Origin: Schmidtea polychroa
Taxonomy: Eukaryota
Direction: 5' to 3'
DNA length: 64,000 nucleotides
Assembly: GCA_044892525.1 (NCBI GenBank)
Contig: CM097885.1
Span: forward strand, 3,164,001-3,228,000
Below are positions 15,174 to 22,268 of this stretch, piece by piece (position 1 is the first letter of the stretch; every line of letters begins with the position of its first letter). Below the pieces are notes generated by a model. That model was given only the letters and a program-made list of their open reading frames with translations, was not told where the DNA came from and did no database searches. The position numbers were made by a program, and so were the translations under genes.

Positions 15174-15417
15174 AAAATTTATTAACACATTCACATTCAT
15201 CATCTCCACAGTTCATAACATTTTCAACAACATGATCTATACAATCCCTATATACACACGGTTCAGTATCCGTAAATTCCTCCATAGGTTCATCAATTTC
15301 TTGAATGCTTTCCTCATCATCTTGAGTGTTTTCTTCATCTGTTTCAACATTAAAATAACTGTGAAAGTCTAGCAGACATAATTTTCCAAATTGGAGAATA
15401 CACATCATTATTATCAA
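15172..15417 (-). CDS. Small acidic, Cys-containing Polinton ORF (possibly a spliced or frameshifted terminal exon)
   Basis: ETDEENTQDDEESIQEIDEPMEEF...CGDDECEC; overlaps the end of ORF 15350..15769; preceded by an acceptor-like CTTTCACAG. Confidence 0.45.
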   Translation of the reverse strand: MIIMMCILQFGKLCLLDFHSYFNVETDEENTQDDEESIQEIDEPMEEFTDTEPCVYRDCIDHVVENVMNCGDDECECVNKF

Positions 15418-15769
15418 CTTTATATCCTTGGATTGTAATTGTTATATACCAATTTTCGTTTTCTTTGAAACTGATTTCATCAAAGGAATCATAAAATTTT
15501 GCATATCGGTTGTTGAAAAATGCATTTTGATTGCATGATAGATTTGTATTCAACCTTTTGAAAACATCATCTATGGTTTTAATATCTAACATTGAAAGCG
15601 TGCCGGTTAAGAATTGAAATTGGGTAGGAATTAGCTTGATCGGTGACACCAATTTCATATTGATTTCTTCTTTTAAAAAATACATTTTGTAGTTGTGGAA
15701 CATTTGAACAGGTTGTACAAGTTCTGGAACTACTTTTGGTTTTTCAGTGCTTGAAATTTTCTTGGTCAT
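15350..15769 (-). CDS. Polinton accessory protein, 139 aa, possibly an OB-fold ssDNA-binding protein
   Basis: ATG-initiated ORF with TATAAAA and a CCAAT box upstream. The C-terminal beta-strand pattern FYD...WYITITIQGYK...SPIWKIMSA is reminiscent of viral SSBs; the function is a guess. Confidence 0.6.
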   Translation of the reverse strand: MTKKISSTEKPKVVPELVQPVQMFHNYKMYFLKEEINMKLVSPIKLIPTQFQFLTGTLSMLDIKTIDDVFKRLNTNLSCNQNAFFNNRYAKFYDSFDEISFKENENWYITITIQGYKVDNNDVYSPIWKIMSARLSQLF

Positions 15770-15877
15770 TGTGAATTATGATTAAAATGAAATGGTACAG
15801 GGTTTTTATACCTTTGACAATTGTTTATCATCCAATCAGATTGCAGTATGTTTTTGTTTTAATTGAATGATAAATAA

Positions 15878-16342
15878 TTAATTAAGTGATAATAAAAAAT
15901 CTAAAAATTCTTTTCCTTCAATTATTGATTTAATTTCAGATATGATATTATCAACTATACATTTGTAATCAATATTTTTTATTCCAAGAATTACTATCTT
16001 ACCGCTAGCGAATATATTTACACACAGAGGGTTATATTTTATATATCTCAAAGCTGGAAATAATTCTGGTTCATAAAAGCATGGTATTAATTTAGCTAAT
16101 TTATTTAAATTACAAGAAAAACCTATATCGGAAGTTATGGTTATCGATTGTATTTCTAAATCATAAACATTATATTCACTAGCTTTGATTATTTCCTTAC
16201 ACCCCATAATTCTACATTTACCAGTTTTGAAATATATTATTGGATATTTATTACTTCTATTGATAAGTTGTTGTGGTTTCCCTATTGGAAATACCATTTT
16301 TGATACATCAGTTTTTGCCCTGTAATTTATATTTGAAAGCAT
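15878..16342 (-). CDS. TATA-binding protein (TBP)-like protein, 154 aa, Polinton-encoded
   Basis: Repeat 2 IQSITITSDIGFSCNLNKLA...YEPELFPALRY...VNIFASGKIVILG matches TBP IQNMVGSCDVKFPIRLEGL...YEPELFPGLIY...LLIFVSGKVVLTG. Repeat 1 is shortened (SNIN...IIYFKTGKCRIMG). Confidence 0.92.
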   Translation of the reverse strand: MLSNINYRAKTDVSKMVFPIGKPQQLINRSNKYPIIYFKTGKCRIMGCKEIIKASEYNVYDLEIQSITITSDIGFSCNLNKLAKLIPCFYEPELFPALRYIKYNPLCVNIFASGKIVILGIKNIDYKCIVDNIISEIKSIIEGKEFLDFLLSLN

Positions 16343-16446
16343 TTTAATGAAATAATTTTAAAAACTTTGATATATATAGGTATTTAAAAACAGAGTTCAT
16401 TTAAATTATCAATATAAACAATAATTATATAGTTTAAATTTAAAAA

Positions 16447-17085
16447 ATGGAATTACGAAATGATGCAGTATACCAAATCGTTGGTCCAAGTGGTAGCGGG
16501 AAAACTTTATTTGTTTGTAAATTACTAAAATCAAATTTGTTTAAAACAAAATTCAACAATATTTATTGGCATAGGGGCGCCGACGAAGAACACGGATTGA
16601 CGCAATCAAGTTTCTGTCAGTTGAAAAACATGAAAATAGTAAAGGGCTTTGATAAAAACTGGTCAAGTCGTTTGAAGAAAGATGATGTCATCATTATCGA
16701 TGATTTGTATCAAGAAGCCAATAAAGAAAAGGACTTTAATAATTTATTCACAAAAATCAGCAGACATGTTGGTGTAACAGTTATTTTCATAACACAAAAT
16801 CTATTTCATCAAGGTGGTGCACATCGAACACGTAATTTAAATGTACAATATTTAGTTATTTTCAAGAATCCTAGAGATGCAACTGTCATTGATTTTCTTG
16901 GACGACAAGCATACCCTAATAACCGTAATTTTCTTATCAGTGCATTTCAAGATGCCACGAAAATACCGCATGGGTATATATTTCTCGATTTCACACAACA
17001 ATGCCCTGATGATATACGGGTAAAAACAGATATTTTCAACCCAAAAGGTGCCATGGTATATAAACAAAGTTCAAAACAAAGTTGA
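16447..17085 (+). CDS. A32/FtsK-like genome packaging ATPase
   Basis: Walker A GPSGSGKT, Walker B VIIIDD, ISRH arginine motif, FITQN. Confidence 0.95.
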   Translation: MELRNDAVYQIVGPSGSGKTLFVCKLLKSNLFKTKFNNIYWHRGADEEHGLTQSSFCQLKNMKIVKGFDKNWSSRLKKDDVIIIDDLYQEANKEKDFNNLFTKISRHVGVTVIFITQNLFHQGGAHRTRNLNVQYLVIFKNPRDATVIDFLGRQAYPNNRNFLISAFQDATKIPHGYIFLDFTQQCPDDIRVKTDIFNPKGAMVYKQSSKQS

Positions 17086-17098
17086 AAACATATAAATC

Positions 17099-17593
17099 AT
17101 GTTTTCAAAAACAAGGATATCGGGTAAAAAACAACCAAAAGTTCCACCAACAACTAGTTATACTCCATCTAAAGATCTTATTACAGAAAATTTTCCTGCA
17201 ATGAATCTTATTTCGAAAAATCCTAAACCTAAACCTAAAAGTAAAACCACTAAGAAAGTAAAAGTTGTTAAAAATCATCGGAGTTTCCCGTTTTTCAATA
17301 CATTGTTAAAGGCACCAAGTATGAAAAGAAACAGTATTTTGCAATCTTTTCCAAATTATGTTGTCGATGATTTACTCGATATTATACTTAAAGTAGTCAA
17401 AGGCAAGATTAAAATCAGTAAATCTAAAAAGCAATTATTGAGTAAACATAGGAAACCTTTGCTATCATTAGTAAATAATAAAAATCGTCAACAAATGAGA
17501 AAAATTATATATAAACAACAAGGGGGATTTATCGGTGCATTGATACCTTTAGCAATATCATTATTAGGTGGAATAATAGGAAGTCGATCATAA
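17099..17593 (+). CDS. Basic virion core-like protein with a C-terminal QQGG/F hydrophobic tail (probable protease substrate)
   Basis: Lys-rich; ends KQQGGFIGALIPLAISLLGGIIG, resembling the GGF-hydrophobic tail of adenovirus pX-like precursors. Confidence 0.75.
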   Translation: MFSKTRISGKKQPKVPPTTSYTPSKDLITENFPAMNLISKNPKPKPKSKTTKKVKVVKNHRSFPFFNTLLKAPSMKRNSILQSFPNYVVDDLLDIILKVVKGKIKISKSKKQLLSKHRKPLLSLVNNKNRQQMRKIIYKQQGGFIGALIPLAISLLGGIIGSRS

Positions 17594-17596
17594 ACA

Positions 17597-17824
17597 ATGG
17601 GTGCTAATCCTTCATTACCAGACATTAAATTTAATATTAAATCTTCTTGTTGTAATGGAGAAGATTTGGACGAACCCGGAAGACGAAGCCGGTTTTGGTG
17701 GAGTGGCAAAATTAAGGAAAAGAGTTCCGAATTCGAAAAAGGAAACTCAGAAGTGGTTATCAGACCAGCTTGCGTACAGTTTGAACAAACCAATGCGGAA
17801 ACGATTCCCAACAAGAACATATAA
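17597..17824 (+). CDS. Small, putatively myristoylated protein overlapping the integrase 5' end
   Basis: ATG 3 nt after the previous stop in ACAATGG context; MGANPS fits MGxxxS; SSCC motif. Confidence 0.5.
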   Translation: MGANPSLPDIKFNIKSSCCNGEDLDEPGRRSRFWWSGKIKEKSSEFEKGNSEVVIRPACVQFEQTNAETIPNKNI

Positions 17825-18710
17825 AACATATGGAATAAATGATTTATGGCAAATGGATTTGATGGAGATGATACCCTATTCGAAAATTAACAATGGGTAT
17901 AAATATATTTTAACATGTATTGATGTATTCAGTCGGTTTGCCCGAGCAATACTCGTCAAGGCAAAATCTGCAGATGAAATGTCCAAAGCTGTTAATCATT
18001 TATTTAAAGATGGACATCCTAAAAACTTGCAAACTGATTTAGGTATTAATATTATTATTTTTATTATTATTATTATTATTTTAGGTAAAGAATTCTACAA
18101 CAGTAAAGTCAAGCAAATCCTCAATAAATTGAAAATAAACCATTACTCAGTACATTCTCAATACAAAGCTGCTCATGTTGAAAGATTTAACCGAACTTTG
18201 AGAGATAGATTAAAGAAATTATTCGTGCATCAAGGTAATAAAAAATGGGTATTGGTTTTACCAAAAATAATAACCAGTTATAATCACTCATCACATCAAG
18301 GACTGAATGGATTAAGGCCGATTGATATCACGTCAAAAACAATCTATTCTAAAAAACCTGAAAAAATTACAAAACCGAAATATAAAGTAGGTGACCATGT
18401 TAGAATTAGTAAAATTAGTGCATCACCATTTATTAAAAATTTCGATACAAATTGGAGTGATGAAGTCTTAGTAATTTCAAAAATAAATACTAAACAGAAT
18501 CCTGTAATGTATGTCATCAAAGACAATGATAACAATATTGTACAAGGAAAATTTTATGAACAAGAATTACAAGTTATTCCTCCCCCAAAAGTATTTAGAA
18601 TTCAGAAAATATTGAAAACTAAAAATAAAGGCAAGGATAAACAATACTATGTCAAATGGCATGGTTATCAAAACCCATCATGGATATCAGAAAAGGACCT
18701 AGTAAAGTGA
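17655..18710 (+). CDS. Retroviral-type (c-)integrase with C-terminal chromodomain; 42-nt intron 18043-18084; about 337 aa spliced
   Basis: DDE triad in WQMDL, LQTD, HVERFNRTL; splicing restores TDLGKEF; chromo-like YYVKWHGYQNPSWI. Likely start MEKIW at 17655. Confidence 0.95.
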   Translation: MEKIWTNPEDEAGFGGVAKLRKRVPNSKKETQKWLSDQLAYSLNKPMRKRFPTRTYKTYGINDLWQMDLMEMIPYSKINNGYKYILTCIDVFSRFARAILVKAKSADEMSKAVNHLFKDGHPKNLQTDLGINIIIFIIIIIILGKEFYNSKVKQILNKLKINHYSVHSQYKAAHVERFNRTLRDRLKKLFVHQGNKKWVLVLPKIITSYNHSSHQGLNGLRPIDITSKTIYSKKPEKITKPKYKVGDHVRISKISASPFIKNFDTNWSDEVLVISKINTKQNPVMYVIKDNDNNIVQGKFYEQELQVIPPPKVFRIQKILKTKNKGKDKQYYVKWHGYQNPSWISEKDLVK

Positions 18711-19723
18711 ATTTTTATACTATTTTACCAAGCAATAGTTGCCCGCTTATTCATCCAGATAATCAAGCCAGTAAATTCATGGTCAATCTCCAGAATCCGA
18801 TTTCTTTAAATGGTGACTGGGAAGTTGCACTGCAAGATTTTACATTCGTGTACAATACATTCCCATTTTATAGTCAATGTAAGATTGATTTCAAAAGGAA
18901 TGCTATGAAAACATGTAGTGGTATCTTTATTATCAGTAATTATGATAAAACATATCATATTCCGAATCAAATATTAGATCAGCATTGCACTATGTTTTAC
19001 AAAGATGGATTAAATATCAGTTGTGATTTTAAACCATTTACAATAACATTCGAATATATTGAAGATGCCAGACGAATGGGTTGCAATAAGTTGAAAAATG
19101 AAGTTATGGAAACAGAATATTTATTACGCTTTGATCTATTTGAAGCAAACAGTGTAATGAGAGAAGAAATCAAAATTTCAGTGTCGTATAATAATGAAGT
19201 TGAAGAATCATTCACCTTCGCTGACGAATTATATATTGATAAACTTGATGTGTTACTTAAATATTTAAAGTATAATTGTTCACACATATTTAAAAGTTTG
19301 GATATTGTGAAAGATTTGTTATTTACCTTCAGTTTGAATGATGACATTTGCGAAGTTACATTTGATAAAAATTTGACAAATACACTTGGATTAGAGAAGC
19401 AGCAATATCGGGAAAAATCGGCTGGTATACGTAAACCAAGAATACTTGAACATCATCAACAAATGTTCATATATACTAATATTATTGAGCCTATAATAGT
19501 TGGTGATTCCAGTGTTCCTCTATTGAAATCGGTGTGGATTGGAAAATATGAACATGATGAAGTTGTCAATATAAATATAGATAATCCCATGTATTTACCA
19601 ATTTCAAGCTCATGTATAAACAATATAGAAATAAATATTCGTGACGATAGTGGAAAACTTATAAACTTCCCAAAAGACTCAAAAACTCATTTGACACTAC
19701 ATTTTCGTAAAGTAGATGGCTAA
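18656..19723 (+). CDS. Minor capsid (penton-like) protein
   Basis: FYTILPSNS...F.VNLQNPISLNGDWEVAL and C-terminal MFIYTNIIEP.IVGDS..PLL...IEINIRDDSG...LTLHFRK are typical of Polinton minor capsids. The start may be 18680. Confidence 0.88.
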   Translation: MAWLSKPIMDIRKGPSKVNFYTILPSNSCPLIHPDNQASKFMVNLQNPISLNGDWEVALQDFTFVYNTFPFYSQCKIDFKRNAMKTCSGIFIISNYDKTYHIPNQILDQHCTMFYKDGLNISCDFKPFTITFEYIEDARRMGCNKLKNEVMETEYLLRFDLFEANSVMREEIKISVSYNNEVEESFTFADELYIDKLDVLLKYLKYNCSHIFKSLDIVKDLLFTFSLNDDICEVTFDKNLTNTLGLEKQQYREKSAGIRKPRILEHHQQMFIYTNIIEPIIVGDSSVPLLKSVWIGKYEHDEVVNINIDNPMYLPISSSCINNIEINIRDDSGKLINFPKDSKTHLTLHFRKVDG

Positions 19724-20078
19724 TTCCGATATTATTAGTATGTATAGTGATAGCCAATCTGGTGGTGAATTACCATATTTTATTGGTAAACAGTACGGAT
19801 CAGGTTGGTTAAAAACAATAGGGAGATTTGCACTTCCTATTCTTAAACGTATTGGTAGTTTTGGCATGAAAACTGCAAAAGATGTGATTATGAATGAACA
19901 GAAAATATTACCATCCCTAAAAACAAATGCTTTAGCGGAGTTAGGGAAGGTTCTACCCGGAGTTGCTGGTATGTTTCAAAAAGATACACCTCCAGTCCCA
20001 GCTCCAAAACGTAAAGGGCATGGAATATCGCGTATAAACAAACGAATGAAAGGACATGGAACTATATTTGCAAAATGA
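19716..20078 (+). CDS. Small virion protein with amphipathic helix (pVI-like membrane-active precursor)
   Basis: QSGG and QYGSG candidate cleavage sites followed by amphipathic WLKTIGRFALPILKRIG; basic tail; lies just before the major capsid gene. Confidence 0.72.
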   Translation: MANSDIISMYSDSQSGGELPYFIGKQYGSGWLKTIGRFALPILKRIGSFGMKTAKDVIMNEQKILPSLKTNALAELGKVLPGVAGMFQKDTPPVPAPKRKGHGISRINKRMKGHGTIFAK

Positions 20079-21298
20079 TTTGTGGTAAATCCGAATTATG
20101 TATATTTGATAGACCATCGCCCCAGGCAGTAATAGAATTTGGTGCCTTTGAGGAAGTTTTTCCTATGAATTCAATTACTGATAGTAGAAATGATATCGAG
20201 TTTTATATTAATGGTTCGCAAACTGAATATTTAGATTTGAACGATACTTTATTGACTGTTCAGATCAAGGTTGTAGATAAAGATAGAAAGGTTTTGGATG
20301 CCAATGCAGATGTATTACCAAACAATTTCATGTTTCATACTCTGTTTAAAGATGCAGTGTTGGGATTTAATAATATCAAGATTGAGGGTGGAAATAATAC
20401 ATTCATTCACAAGGCTTTGATAGAAACTATTTTAAATTACAATTCAGATACTAAAAATACCTGTCTTACACCTATGGGTTATGCAGCAGCAGATGATGAA
20501 AGAAAAAAGTGGGTTAAAGGTTCAAAAGTATTCACTATGTGCTCATCATTACAACTTGATTTTTTGGATCAACCGAAATATTTACTACCGGGAGTTAATA
20601 TACATATTAGACTGAAAAGGTCCGATTCTGCATTGTCTCTTACTAGTGCAACTGGTGCACCAATATGTCAATTAGTTGATGCAAAATTATTGGTGAGAAG
20701 AGTTCGAGTAGACCCGTCAGTATTAGCTGGTCATCAATTGGGGCTTAATTCAAAACATGCAATTTATCCTTTAAAAACAAAGGAAATTGTACAATTTGCT
20801 ATTGCTAAAGGTGCTTCATCATTCTATAAAGAACAAATATTTGGTGACAGAAGAATGCCTAATTTTATTCTGGTAACATTTCAAAGTGAAACGCAATATA
20901 ATGGATCGTATACTGCTTCCAGCTCAATTTTCAAAAATTTTGGTGTTACTTCATTGACTTTATCGAAAAATACTGATTATAGAGAAACATATACTCAAGA
21001 TTTCGAGAATGATAATTACTGTGCGACATATATGCAGAGTATTGTTAGAAATCTGGGTTATTTAGATAAAAACTTGAATTGCGGAATAACTCTTGAAGAA
21101 TTTAAAAGCAAATACCCATTTTTCACATTTGTTCTAGCTCCCGATTTTGATTTAAATCAGAGTCAATTACCACAAAACGGGAATTTACGACTGGATATAA
21201 AGTTTGCAAAGGCCATTACTGAACCAGTACATGTTATAATATATGGAGTATTTGAAAATGAAGTTCAAATTACTGCAAATAGAACCGTGCTAGTATAA
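20075..21298 (+). CDS. Major capsid protein (double jelly-roll, hexon-like)
   Basis: N-terminal KSELCIFDRPSPQ, IEFYI...EYLDLNDT, QPKYLLPGV.IHIRL, GNLRLDIKFA motifs of Polinton MCP; 407 aa. Confidence 0.92.
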   Translation: MICGKSELCIFDRPSPQAVIEFGAFEEVFPMNSITDSRNDIEFYINGSQTEYLDLNDTLLTVQIKVVDKDRKVLDANADVLPNNFMFHTLFKDAVLGFNNIKIEGGNNTFIHKALIETILNYNSDTKNTCLTPMGYAAADDERKKWVKGSKVFTMCSSLQLDFLDQPKYLLPGVNIHIRLKRSDSALSLTSATGAPICQLVDAKLLVRRVRVDPSVLAGHQLGLNSKHAIYPLKTKEIVQFAIAKGASSFYKEQIFGDRRMPNFILVTFQSETQYNGSYTASSSIFKNFGVTSLTLSKNTDYRETYTQDFENDNYCATYMQSIVRNLGYLDKNLNCGITLEEFKSKYPFFTFVLAPDFDLNQSQLPQNGNLRLDIKFAKAITEPVHVIIYGVFENEVQITANRTVLV

Positions 21299-21710
21299 AT
21301 GTATACAGAAACACCAAAAAGTTGTCATGGAGTAAGGTTTTCAATACTGTTTAATTTATTAAAGTAGTTCTGTTCAGGTCAATAGAATTGGAAAACAGAT
21401 ATTGGGAAATGAATTTGTAGGAGTTTTTCCTCTCGATAAAATCCCATATTTGAGCAATAATCAAGCCATAATCGTCAATACTCAATCGTCTCATCTTGGT
21501 GGAAAACATTGGATTGCTATATATGTGAAACCTAGTAATATATTCGTGTTCGATCCTATGGGTTTCTATTACCCTGCTTTGTTGGTATCAAAACTACAAA
21601 CAATGGGGAAACCTATTGTATATAATAAAACAATGTTTCAAAATCCCTTGACACAAACATGCGGTCAACATTGTTTAGCTTGGTTGTTGTATAAAAAATT
21701 TGATGATTAA
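21299..21710 (+). CDS. Adenain-like cysteine protease; exons 21299-21331 and 21378-21710 (about 121 aa)
   Basis: GKHW, FDPMG and Q...TCGQHC give the His/Asp/Cys triad. The track ORF lacks an ATG; a 46-nt GTAAGG...TTCAG intron links the ATG directly after the MCP stop in frame. Confidence 0.88.
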
Positions 21711-21734
21711 TAAATGTATTTTGTATCCTTTGTT

Positions 21735-22035
<301 letters not shown>

Positions 22036-22119
22036 TTTAATTAAATTTATTTTGAAAAATATTATTATCTAACTACACAAACATTGTGCATGCACAAAGA
22101 TATGCAATCCCATTTGATA

Positions 22120-22212
22120 CCATTTGATTGGCTGATAGAGGAAAAAGTATTCAGGAATGTGTCTTAATTCTGATTGGTTGAGACATGGAAATATTCCTGT
22201 TCTATATAAACA
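22120..22212 (+). promoter_or_regulatory. Candidate polymerase-gene promoter: two inverted CCAAT boxes and a TATA box
   Basis: GATTGG at about 22126 and 22172, TATATAAA at about 22203, roughly 60 nt before ATG 22269. Confidence 0.55.
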
Positions 22213-22268
22213 TTGACAATTCTAAAATTCGTCATAATTATTCTTAAATTTACAAATTTTAAATTAAA

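Noticed and set aside
15878..16342. TBP ORF as the host's housekeeping TBP gene
   Set aside because: It lies inside the TIRs, is intronless, and its first repeat is far too shortened and diverged for canonical TBP.
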